This document shows, one piece after another, positions 8,889 through 17,044 of a DNA stretch of 64,000 bases (its first letter is position 1; the number at the start of each line of letters is the position of its first letter). The position numbers and the translations under genes are program-made. Below the pieces are notes generated by a model. It ran no database searches and was not told the origin of the DNA. It saw only the letters and a program-made list of their open reading frames with translations. The DNA is from Bacillota bacterium (GTDB taxonomy: Bacteria; Bacillota; Dethiobacteria; DTU022; UBA8154): contig JAAYRR010000052.1 of NCBI GenBank assembly GCA_012518675.1, forward strand, positions 8,214 through 72,213, in the 5' to 3' direction.

Positions 8889-9566
8889 ATGATGGAAACA
8901 ATCGGGGGGCTTATACGTTATATTGTCATCCTTATTTTTATCAGCACCCTTTTAGAGATGATTCTGCCCCAGGGGGTTTTTCGTCGTTATTTACGCATGT
9001 TAATCGGGATTTTGCTTATTTTTACACTGATTACCCCCCTGCAAAAAATCACGCGCCTGGCACCATATTGGGAAATTCCTCCCCTGGTGAACAGTATGGA
9101 AAATGAAAGCGCTGCAGAATTGGAGGCGATTCTAGGCCATGGCGAGCGGCTGTACAAGGAAAAAATGAAAGATGCCCTAAAAGATTACCAAGCCAAGGTT
9201 TCCGATTTATTAACGGCAGAGCTGGCCCGTGAGTTTAAACAGGATTTACTTGACTTGCAGATTACAACAGAGGATAACCCCGACAGCAAAGAATTTGGTT
9301 TGTTTAAGGATGTTTATGCAGTTGTGCAGGAACAAAAACCTGTCAAAAAGGTTACTGCCCCTGGAAACGTAGAAGAAATCAACGTTGCGGTGGAGGTAAT
9401 TTCCCCAAATAAAGGGGCTTTCAGGGAAAACAGCGGGTCAGGCAAAACAGAAAATAGCAGTGCATCTCCGGAAAGCAACGGGGGGAAAATAAAGGAAATT
9501 GAAAAGTATCTGGCCGCATATTTTCGACTTTCCCCTGAAAATGTTAAAGTTGAGATACGGCCTTGA
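8889..9566 (+). CDS. spoIIIAF: Stage III sporulation protein AF
   Basis: N-terminal two TM helices (LIRYIVILIFISTLLEMILPQG...) and a C-terminal soluble domain. Confidence 0.8.
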   Translation: MMETIGGLIRYIVILIFISTLLEMILPQGVFRRYLRMLIGILLIFTLITPLQKITRLAPYWEIPPLVNSMENESAAELEAILGHGERLYKEKMKDALKDYQAKVSDLLTAELAREFKQDLLDLQITTEDNPDSKEFGLFKDVYAVVQEQKPVKKVTAPGNVEEINVAVEVISPNKGAFRENSGSGKTENSSASPESNGGKIKEIEKYLAAYFRLSPENVKVEIRP

Positions 9567-9569
9567 AAG

Positions 9570-10202
9570 GTGGAGCAAATGGCTGGTAAAAAACCTAAGA
9601 ATGGTGTATTTGCTTTGTTCAAGGATTTTTTTACAGAAATAAAAGACAGGGGCAAGGGGAAAAATTATCTTCTATTATCTTTACTTCTCCTGGGAATAAT
9701 ACTAATGTTTGCCGGTTCACTTTTTACACCGTTAAAAAAAGTTCCCACTGCCGATCAGAAGCCCCGTGCAGAAACAGAAGATTCCCCGGTGGTTGCAAAT
9801 ACATATGAAAAAAATATGTGTCAATCATTACAACAGGTTCTGGAGCATATAGATGGAATCAGCCAGGTGCAGGTATTTATCAACTTTACAGGCAGTAAAG
9901 AGTCAACCTATGGCCTGGCCCACGAAGAAAACAGTAAACAGACCATAGAAAACGATCGGGAGGGGGGACAAAGGGAGATCCTGGAAAGCAACAGTAAAGA
10001 AAATTACGTCCTGCTACGGGAAGCAAACGGAGGGGAAAAACCTCTGCTTCTAAGTGAAAGTATGCCCCGGATCACTGGGGTGTTGGTGGTGGCGCAAGGT
10101 GTGGAAAACAGTTGTATACGTTTAAAGGTAGTCCACGCCATGCAAAGCGTACTAAACCTGCCGGCGCACAGAATAGCCGTTTTACCCCTTGGCAGAAACT
10201 GA
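9570..10202 (+). CDS. spoIIIAG: Stage III sporulation protein AG (ring-forming)
   Basis: 210 aa, N-terminal TM, C-terminal RBM-type domain; position within the operon. Confidence 0.8.
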   Translation: MEQMAGKKPKNGVFALFKDFFTEIKDRGKGKNYLLLSLLLLGIILMFAGSLFTPLKKVPTADQKPRAETEDSPVVANTYEKNMCQSLQQVLEHIDGISQVQVFINFTGSKESTYGLAHEENSKQTIENDREGGQREILESNSKENYVLLREANGGEKPLLLSESMPRITGVLVVAQGVENSCIRLKVVHAMQSVLNLPAHRIAVLPLGRN

Positions 10203-10212
10203 AAAATAAAAG

Positions 10213-10761
10213 GTGGTGGCTTTAAAGGCGATGAACAGGAAAATGGTTTGGGTTTTTAGTCTTCTCTTGGTAGCAGCTGTAACCTACGTATTTATAAGCG
10301 GGGTAGAAAAAGAAATGTGCAGGATAGAAATAACACCTGATGAAGATGTATTGCAGTCCCTTACTTCTGCAGGCCTTAACGCCGGGCCGGAACATTGGAA
10401 CTTTGAAAGTTCCCCGGAATTTTTTATGGAATACCGCCTGGAAAGGGAGCGAATCAGGGGCCAGGAAACAGAAATGCTCAATGAAATGATCAACAATCCC
10501 CAGGTGGGAGCAGAGGCCAGGCTGGAAGCGGAACAACAGCTTTTACAGCTGGTCAACCTGATGGAAAAAGAACTGCTTGCCGAAAACCTGCTCAAGGCCC
10601 AGGGGTATAAAGATGCCCTCTTATTTTCCAGCAGAAAAGGAACAATGGTCATGATTGAAACTGAAAAACTGGAGGCGGAAGATTTTTTGCGGGTCACGGA
10701 AACGGTGGCCACGACCATTGAAATTCCCCGGGAAGAAGTGCAGGTTATACAACACAAATAG
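10213..10761 (+). CDS. spoIIIAH: Stage III sporulation protein AH
   Basis: 182 aa, N-terminal TM (VWVFSLLLVAAVTYVFI), C-terminal YscJ/FliF-like domain. Last gene of the operon. Confidence 0.8.
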   Translation: MVALKAMNRKMVWVFSLLLVAAVTYVFISGVEKEMCRIEITPDEDVLQSLTSAGLNAGPEHWNFESSPEFFMEYRLERERIRGQETEMLNEMINNPQVGAEARLEAEQQLLQLVNLMEKELLAENLLKAQGYKDALLFSSRKGTMVMIETEKLEAEDFLRVTETVATTIEIPREEVQVIQHK

Positions 10762-10825
10762 ACCTGCAACCTTCATTTTTCTCTAAGAAGAAACCGGGAC
10801 AGCCACCACTCGGGGAAATATTTAT

Positions 10826-10855
10826 TTGATAAATGTAGTTAATATTTGGTATAAT
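10826..10855 (+). promoter_or_regulatory. Sigma-A type promoter (TTGATA - 18 nt - TGgTATAAT) for the asp23 operon
   Basis: -35 TTGATA at 10826-10831 and extended -10 TGGTATAAT at 10847-10855, about 45 nt upstream of the asp23 ATG. Confidence 0.6.
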
Positions 10856-10902
10856 TAATGATAAGTTTAATTGATGGTAGAGGTTAAAAGGGAGGAATAA
10901 AA

Positions 10903-11289
10903 ATGACTGAAAACCGTGCGCTTCCTTCTGAACTGGGATCAATTCGCATTGCTGATGAGGTTGTTTCAATTATTGCCGGGTTGGCAGCTACAGAAGTTGA
11001 CGGTGTGGCCAGCATGAGCGGGGGTATAGCCGGCGGTATTGCCGAAGCCCTGGGGCGAAAGAATTTATCCAAAGGGGTAAAAGTAGAGGTCGGGGAAGAA
11101 GAGGCGGCCGTAGATTTATTTATGATCGTCGGCTATGGTTCCCGTATCCCTGATGTAGCCTGGAATGTGCAGGAAAATGTTAAAAAAGCGGTTGAAAACA
11201 TGACGGGTTTAAAGGTTGTCAAGGTGAATGTTCATATTCAGGGTGTCAGTTTTCCACAACAAAAATCAGAAGAGGAAGAATCGAAATAG
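10903..11289 (+). CDS. asp23: Asp23/Gls24 family alkaline-shock/envelope stress protein
   Basis: 128 aa, conserved Asp23 core (IRIADEVVSIIAGLAATEVDGV...VVKVNVHIQGV). RBS AAGGGAGG. Confidence 0.9.
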   Translation: MTENRALPSELGSIRIADEVVSIIAGLAATEVDGVASMSGGIAGGIAEALGRKNLSKGVKVEVGEEEAAVDLFMIVGYGSRIPDVAWNVQENVKKAVENMTGLKVVKVNVHIQGVSFPQQKSEEEESK

Positions 11290-11375
11290 CGCTGTCAGGG
11301 CTAACCTCCTGTAAATATTATTTAACAGGGGGTTAGCTTTTCCTGCTCTGCAGAAAAGGAGGCTGGTTTTTTCTA

Positions 11376-11912
11376 ATGGGGGGAAGACGTATTGCCCTGG
11401 CTGTCCTGGGGATCGGCGGTGTTTTAGGCGGGCTTTTTCTTGCTCTGATCACGCTGGGATATTTTTCAACAGAATTTTTTATTTTTGTTAACAAGCTTAC
11501 CGGCGACCTGCGCTATACCCTTGCCGGTTTCCTGCTTTTAATTGTCGGGATAGTTTTGTTGATTTTTTCTGTACAAGGCCGTAAAAAAGAAAAAAACGGT
11601 AACATCATTAACTTTACAGAAGTCGGCGAGATCCGTATTTCTTTCCGCGCCGTTGAAAATATGGTTTTAACCGCCTCCCGCAAAGTCAAAGGTATCAGGG
11701 AGGTAAACACTCACATAAATTTTACGGAACAGGGCCTGGTTATCTACCTGCGCATCCGCATTATCCCCGATCTGCCCGTCCCTGCCCTAGTCGGTGAGCT
11801 ACAGGAAAAAGTCCGGGGGTATGTGCAGGAAATCAGTGGGGCAAATGTTGCCGAGGTAAAGGTGCTGGTGGAGAATATCGCCCAGGAACAAATTGAAAAA
11901 AAGGTCCGTTGA
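11376..11912 (+). CDS. amaP: AmaP-like membrane anchor protein (N-terminal TM helices + Asp23-like domain)
   Basis: Two N-terminal TM segments followed by an Asp23-like region (EIRISFRAVENMVLTASRKVKGIREV...). This is the standard asp23-amaP-DUF2273 operon. Confidence 0.7.
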   Translation: MGGRRIALAVLGIGGVLGGLFLALITLGYFSTEFFIFVNKLTGDLRYTLAGFLLLIVGIVLLIFSVQGRKKEKNGNIINFTEVGEIRISFRAVENMVLTASRKVKGIREVNTHINFTEQGLVIYLRIRIIPDLPVPALVGELQEKVRGYVQEISGANVAEVKVLVENIAQEQIEKKVR

Positions 11913-11922
11913 GGGTGTGAAT

Positions 11923-12153
11923 ATGTTAAACAGAAACAATTTTTTAAAACTGGTCAACGAAAACCTTGGCAAAATATTGGGCGGTTTTCTGGGCCTGCTG
12001 GTAGCCCTCATTCTGATGGCTTTTGGTTTTTGGCGGGGGCTTTTTGTTTTACTTTGCGTGGGGATCGGGATTTATTTAGGGGCCCGGGAAGAAAAAAACC
12101 AGGTTATACAAAATTACCTGGAAAAGCTTTGGTTTAAACGTGAACGTGATTAA
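11923..12153 (+). CDS. DUF2273 small integral membrane protein
   Basis: 76 aa, MLNRNNFLKLVNENLGKILGGFLGLLVALILMAFGFWRGLFVLLCVGIGIYLGA, a typical partner of Asp23/AmaP. Confidence 0.7.
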   Translation: MLNRNNFLKLVNENLGKILGGFLGLLVALILMAFGFWRGLFVLLCVGIGIYLGAREEKNQVIQNYLEKLWFKRERD

Positions 12154-12205
12154 TCTATAGTTTAGTGTATGCAAAAACTACTGACCCTGGAAAGGGGTAC
12201 AGGCT

Positions 12206-12625
12206 TTGAAAAGAAGGTTGCCCAGGGAGTACGCCTTTAAAATACTGTTTATGATTGAAGTCGGCAAAAATGACCCTGCCAGTGCACTTAGTTACCTGTT
12301 TGGCAATGATGACTTTTCTAACCAAGAAAAGCTTTTTTGTAGATCTTTAGTCGAGGGAGTGCTGGAGAAAAGGGGGGAGTTGGACAAAACACTTTCCTTG
12401 TACCTGATCAACTGGCAGTTTGATCGCCTGTCAGCAGCAGTGCGCAACATTCTGCGTCTGGCACTTTACGAACTGCTTTATTTAGGTGACACCCCTCCAC
12501 CTGTGGCCATCAACGAAGCCATAGAGTTAACCAAGACTTACCAGGATGAAGAGGCAGCACGCTTTGTAAATGGTATGTTGGATAATATCTGGAAAGCAAA
12601 CCAGGAATCGAAACCGTCCGGCTAG
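12206..12625 (+). CDS. nusB: Transcription antitermination factor NusB
   Basis: 139 aa, MKRRLPREYAFKILFMIEV...AINEAIELTKTY, a strong NusB match. Confidence 0.95.
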   Translation: MKRRLPREYAFKILFMIEVGKNDPASALSYLFGNDDFSNQEKLFCRSLVEGVLEKRGELDKTLSLYLINWQFDRLSAAVRNILRLALYELLYLGDTPPPVAINEAIELTKTYQDEEAARFVNGMLDNIWKANQESKPSG

Positions 12626-12775
12626 CAAAATCTGCTAATGCAGGAGGTTTTTTTGTTGTTTGAATCTTCAGTATTAATAAATATTTCTTTTCATCCTCAT
12701 TTGGAAAAGGACTTTTTTATAATCATGGCGAATCTAAACGTAAAAAAGGGCATTGTAAAGGAGGTAGGTTTTTGT

Positions 12776-13624
12776 ATGTTCAAAATAGTTAAAAAAAGGG
12801 TTTTAGCCGATGTGTCCAAGCTTATGGAAGTTGAAGCACCACTCGTAGCACGCAAGGCACAACCCGGACAGTTTATTATTTTACGGGTTGATGACAATGG
12901 TGAAAGAATCCCTTTAACCATTGCCGACAGTGATAAGGAAAAAGGAACAATTACAATCATCTTCCAAGAAGTTGGAAAAACCACCATGCAGTTGGGGGCT
13001 CTTGAAGAAGGGGATTATTTAAGTGATTTTGTCGGGCCGCTGGGCCAGGCCATGGAATTGCCCACCACAGGTCGGATAATTGCTGTGGGCGGCGGGGTGG
13101 GTATTGCCCCGGTTTATCCAAAGGTAAAAGCTTTTCACGAAGCAGGCATGGAGGTTATCTCCATTATCGGGGCCCGGACAGCCGATCTGCTCATTCTAGA
13201 AGACGAGATGCGGGCGGTTAGCAAGGAACTCCATGTTTGTACAGACGACGGAACAAAAGGCCACCACGGCTTTGTGTCCGACATCCTGCAAAAATTTCTC
13301 GATGATAAAAGCCAAAAAATAGACGAAATAATTGCCGTTGGACCGCTGCCCATGATGCGCGCCGTTTCCAACCAAACAAAACCGTACGGGGTTAAAACCA
13401 TGGTCAGTTTAAACCCCATTATGGTGGATGGAACGGGAATGTGCGGCTGTTGCCGGGTGACAGTTGGCGGCCAGACCAAGTTTACCTGTGTGGACGGCCC
13501 TGTTTTTGATGCACATGAGGTTGATTTTGTAGAGCTGACCCGCCGTGGGCAGATGTATCTGCAGGAGGAAAAAGTTGCTGTGGATAAATATGAACATGAA
13601 TGCAGAAGTGGAGGTGGGCGTTAA
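12776..13624 (+). CDS. nfnA: NADH-dependent reduced ferredoxin:NADP+ oxidoreductase subunit A (PyrK/SudB-like FAD/[2Fe-2S] subunit)
   Basis: Starts MFKIVKKRVLADVSKLMEVEAPLVARKAQPGQFIILRV...GERIPLTIAD...VGGGVGIAPVYP... RBS AAGGAGGTAGG. TAATG overlap with nfnB at 13622-13626. Confidence 0.85.
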   Translation: MFKIVKKRVLADVSKLMEVEAPLVARKAQPGQFIILRVDDNGERIPLTIADSDKEKGTITIIFQEVGKTTMQLGALEEGDYLSDFVGPLGQAMELPTTGRIIAVGGGVGIAPVYPKVKAFHEAGMEVISIIGARTADLLILEDEMRAVSKELHVCTDDGTKGHHGFVSDILQKFLDDKSQKIDEIIAVGPLPMMRAVSNQTKPYGVKTMVSLNPIMVDGTGMCGCCRVTVGGQTKFTCVDGPVFDAHEVDFVELTRRGQMYLQEEKVAVDKYEHECRSGGGR

Positions 13625-15042
13625 TGTTGGATAAAGACCAAATTAAGCAATTACGCAGAATGAAAGAAAAGCATCCGATGCCCGAACAGGCACCCCAGGA
13701 TCGTGTTAAAAACTATAATGAAGTGCCCTTTGGTTATGATGCTGATACAGCAATAAAAGAGGCCACCCGCTGCCTGCAGTGTAAAGAGGCCAAATGTGTT
13801 GAGGGTTGCCCGGTGGAAGTGGATATTCCTGGTTTTATTGGTTTGATTGCTGAAGGAAAATTTGATGAGGGTATTAAAAAGCTGAAAGAAAAAAATAACC
13901 TGCCGGCAGTCTGCGGGCGTGTCTGTCCCCAGGAAAGCCAGTGTGAAGCCTTTTGCATACGTGGTAAAAAAGGCGAACCGGTGGCTATCGGCCGGCTGGA
14001 ACGCTTTCTGGCAGATTATGAACTGGCCAAGGGAGTGGAAACGCCTCCCAAGCCGCCCTCTACCGGTAAGCGCGTGGCCATTGTCGGTGCCGGCCCGGCC
14101 GGGTTGACTGCTGCCGGCGACTTAGCCAGGATGGGACATGAGGTTGTTCTTTTTGAAGCCTTCCACGCTACAGGTGGGGTTCTCCGCTACGGCATCCCCG
14201 AATTCCGCCTGCCCAAAGAAAAGGTTCTCCAGCGAGAAGTCGATTATATCGCCAGCTTAGGTGTTGATATTAAAACAAACGTTGTTGTGGGAAAAACCAT
14301 TACCATCGATGAACTTTTCGATGAAGAAGGTTTTCAGGCTGTTTTTATCGGCACCGGGGCAGGACTGCCCATGTTCCTAAACATTCCAGGAGAAAACTTA
14401 AACGGCGTTTTTTCTGCAAACGAATTTTTAACCCGGGCAAACCTGATGAAGGCTTATTTATTCCCCGACTATGATACACCGATCAAGTTGGGTAAAAAAG
14501 TTGCCGTTGTCGGGGCGGGTAACGTAGCCATGGACAGCGCCCGCACCTCCTTGCGGCTGGGCGCCGAAGAGGTGCATATTGTATACCGCCGTTCAGACAA
14601 GGAAATGCCGGCCCGTGCCGAGGAAATTGAACACGCTAAAGAAGAAGGCGTTGTTTTCAACCTGCTGACCAACCCCGTCAAGATTATCGGCGATGAAAAT
14701 GGCTGGGTAAAGGGTATGGAATGTATCAGAATGGAACTGGGTGAACCCGATGATTCCGGCAGGGCACGTCCAGTCCCCATTAAAGGTTCAGAATTTATTT
14801 TTGATGTAGATACAATTGTAATTGCCATTGGCCAGAGTCCCAACCCGCTTATTCCCCAGACCACCTCTGATCTGGAAATTAGCCGTTGGGGAACAATCGA
14901 GGCTGACGAAGAAGGGGCCACCTCCCGCAAAGGGGTTTATGCCGGCGGTGACATCGTCACAGGAGCGGCAACAGTAATCCTGGCTATGGGTGCAGGCAAA
15001 GTCGCCGCCAGAGCGATGGACAACTATTTAAAAACATTATAG
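13624..15042 (+). CDS. nfnB: NfnB / glutamate-synthase small-subunit-like NADPH oxidoreductase (2x[4Fe-4S], FAD, NADPH)
   Basis: CLQCKEAKCVEGCP cluster motif and two Rossmann GxGxxG motifs (VAIVGAGPAGL, VAVVGAGNVAMD). About 473 aa from ATG 13624. Confidence 0.9.
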   Translation: MLDKDQIKQLRRMKEKHPMPEQAPQDRVKNYNEVPFGYDADTAIKEATRCLQCKEAKCVEGCPVEVDIPGFIGLIAEGKFDEGIKKLKEKNNLPAVCGRVCPQESQCEAFCIRGKKGEPVAIGRLERFLADYELAKGVETPPKPPSTGKRVAIVGAGPAGLTAAGDLARMGHEVVLFEAFHATGGVLRYGIPEFRLPKEKVLQREVDYIASLGVDIKTNVVVGKTITIDELFDEEGFQAVFIGTGAGLPMFLNIPGENLNGVFSANEFLTRANLMKAYLFPDYDTPIKLGKKVAVVGAGNVAMDSARTSLRLGAEEVHIVYRRSDKEMPARAEEIEHAKEEGVVFNLLTNPVKIIGDENGWVKGMECIRMELGEPDDSGRARPVPIKGSEFIFDVDTIVIAIGQSPNPLIPQTTSDLEISRWGTIEADEEGATSRKGVYAGGDIVTGAATVILAMGAGKVAARAMDNYLKTL

Positions 15043-15145
15043 GCTGTTTTATTCAGCAGGCATTATAGGTTTGCATTATAAGTTTTATAGATACAGGTAT
15101 TATAGTCCAGGCTTTTAAGATATTTTATAAGGAGGTTATACAAGT

Positions 15146-16030
15146 ATGACGGCAAAGATTATTTCTGGAAACGAAGTGGCCAAGGAGATTAGGCAAGAGC
15201 TTAAAGGAAGGGTTGCCGAGTTAAAGGAAAAGGGCATTGTTCCAGGCTTGGGTGTAGTTTTGGTAGGAGAAGATCCAGCATCTATTTCTTATGTAACCAG
15301 TAAAGCCAAGGGCAGCCAGGAAATCGGCATGTTTGAAGAAACAATTCGTCTCCCGGCTGATGTTCCGGAGGAAGAGGTTCTCAAAGTTATCGACGGCTTA
15401 AATAAAGATCCTAAATTCAGCGGCATCTTGGTGCAGCTTCCCCTGCCCGATCATATTAGTGTTGAAAAGGTAATCGGCTACATTTCCCCTGAAAAAGACG
15501 TGGATGGTTTCCACCCGGTGAACGTAGGTAAACTGCTCAGGGGCGAACCGTGCCCGCTACCCTGTACACCCCACGGTGTCCAGCAGCTGCTGTTCCGTTC
15601 CGGTAATGATCCGGCAGGCAAACATGTTGTTGTTTGCGGCCGCAGCAACATTGTCGGCAAACCGCTGGCAGCAATCCTGATGCAAAAGGCTGAAGGAGCC
15701 AACGCTGTGGTTACTGTTGTGCATACCGGTGCCAAAGATATTTCTTACTATACAAAACAAGCTGACATCCTAATTGCAGCCATGGGCAGGCCCAATGCCA
15801 TCACCGCTGATATGGTAAAAGAAGGAACCGTGGTTATTGACGTGGGCGTAAACAGAATTCCTGACGAGTCCCGGAAGAGCGGCTTCCGTCTGGCCGGTGA
15901 TGTGGACTTTGAAGCAGTGAAGGAAAAGGCATCCTTTATCACTCCCGTTCCCGGTGGCGTAGGCCCCATGACGGTAACCATGCTTCTTTATAACACTGTT
16001 GAAGCAGCTATCAGACTAAACGAAGGCTAA
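15146..16030 (+). CDS. folD: Bifunctional 5,10-methylene-THF dehydrogenase / methenyl-THF cyclohydrolase (canonical copy)
   Basis: All FolD hallmarks are present: PASISYVTSK (S/Y/K triad), DVDG, VCGRSNIVGKP, PVPGGVGPMT. Strong RBS AAGGAGG. Confidence 0.95.
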   Translation: MTAKIISGNEVAKEIRQELKGRVAELKEKGIVPGLGVVLVGEDPASISYVTSKAKGSQEIGMFEETIRLPADVPEEEVLKVIDGLNKDPKFSGILVQLPLPDHISVEKVIGYISPEKDVDGFHPVNVGKLLRGEPCPLPCTPHGVQQLLFRSGNDPAGKHVVVCGRSNIVGKPLAAILMQKAEGANAVVTVVHTGAKDISYYTKQADILIAAMGRPNAITADMVKEGTVVIDVGVNRIPDESRKSGFRLAGDVDFEAVKEKASFITPVPGGVGPMTVTMLLYNTVEAAIRLNEG

Positions 16031-16057
16031 AAATAAAAGGTAAGGCAGTAAATAACC

Positions 16058-16927
16058 ATGCCTATGAAGTTACTTAATGAGGCGGAAATAGGGGGCAAGA
16101 TCTACGCTGGGATCGTTGCAGAATTAGAGGAACTGAGCCAAAAAACAGACAAGGTTCCCGGTCTGGGAATGGTTGTTGTCGGCGAAGATCCTGCCTCCTT
16201 AGCCTCTATTCGCTGTAAAGAAAAACAATGCAGAAAATTAGGTTTCTACGTTGATATACGATTTTTACCTGCTACTGCTTCCCAGGAAGATATCTGTGCA
16301 ACCGTACGGCAGTTAAACAAGGACAGCCGGGTTCAGGGTTTGTTCTGCCAATTGCCCCTGCCGGAAACCTTACAGAAAAAAAATATCTTAGCTGCTGTTG
16401 ACCCCGGGAAGGATGTCTGTGGCAGGCACCCAATCAATGCGGGTAAACTGTTCAGCGGAAACCAGGGATTTTTACCCTGCAACGTTTATAGCCTGATGCA
16501 GGTGATCGATTTTGCCGGGCAGCCCATCAGGGGCAAAACAGCAGTAATGATCAGTCGTAGGGGCGTTGTCAGCAGACCGCTGGCCTTAGCGTTGCTTAGA
16601 AGAAACGCCTCTGTTACTTTTTGCCCTGTTTTAACCGGCAATCTGCCTGAAATTTGTCGTACCGCAGATATACTCGTTGCAGAAACAGAAAAACCGGGAC
16701 TGATTAAAGGCAACTGGATCAAACCGGGGGCGATGGTAATTGATATCGGTACAACCCGTAACAATCGAGGAAAAGCCAGCGGGATTGTCCTCAAAGAGGT
16801 TGCAGAGGTTGCAAGTTGTATCTTTACCCTGCCAGCCGGTGAAGACAGCCCCCTGGCCATTACCATGCTCATAAAAAATACATTGCACGCTTTCAAACAA
16901 ACATGTGGGATGCAACTGCAACACTAA
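16058..16927 (+). CDS. FolD paralog 2 (degenerate: Y->S, DVDG->DVCG, GRSxxxGxP and PGGVGP motifs lost)
   Basis: Clear FolD fold similarity (VPGLGMVVVGEDPAS..., ...ITMLIKNT), but the catalytic and NADP-binding motifs are eroded, so it is probably not a functional dehydrogenase/cyclohydrolase. Confidence 0.8.
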   Translation: MPMKLLNEAEIGGKIYAGIVAELEELSQKTDKVPGLGMVVVGEDPASLASIRCKEKQCRKLGFYVDIRFLPATASQEDICATVRQLNKDSRVQGLFCQLPLPETLQKKNILAAVDPGKDVCGRHPINAGKLFSGNQGFLPCNVYSLMQVIDFAGQPIRGKTAVMISRRGVVSRPLALALLRRNASVTFCPVLTGNLPEICRTADILVAETEKPGLIKGNWIKPGAMVIDIGTTRNNRGKASGIVLKEVAEVASCIFTLPAGEDSPLAITMLIKNTLHAFKQTCGMQLQH

Positions 16928-16933
16928 TGGTGC

Positions 16934-17004
16934 GGGAAGGAACACTGGAAACATACCCTGTTCACAGCCCGTGTTCTTTCCCTTATTCATTTATTCATTT
17001 TTTT
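16934..17004 (+). terminator. Hairpin (GGGAAGGAACAC...GTGTTCTTTCCC, 12 bp with 1 mismatch) followed by a T-rich tract; intrinsic terminator or attenuator between folD paralogs 2 and 3
   Basis: Inverted repeat 16934-16945 / 16971-16982, then ttattcatttattcattttttt. Confidence 0.5.
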
Positions 17005-17044
17005 ATAACTGCTAAACTGTGAAATGGTTACGGAGGGGAAAATT

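Noticed and set aside
12638-12775. 5' extension of the nfnA ORF (track start 12638)
   Set aside because: The NfnA homology begins at MFKIVKKRVL (ATG 12776), which has a strong RBS. The upstream portion is non-conserved and AT-rich with promoter-like elements.
13600-13623. Earlier start for nfnB (MQKWRWALMLDK...)
   Set aside because: The ATG at 13624 forms the typical TAATG stop-start overlap with nfnA. The upstream extension would overlap nfnA by 25 nt.
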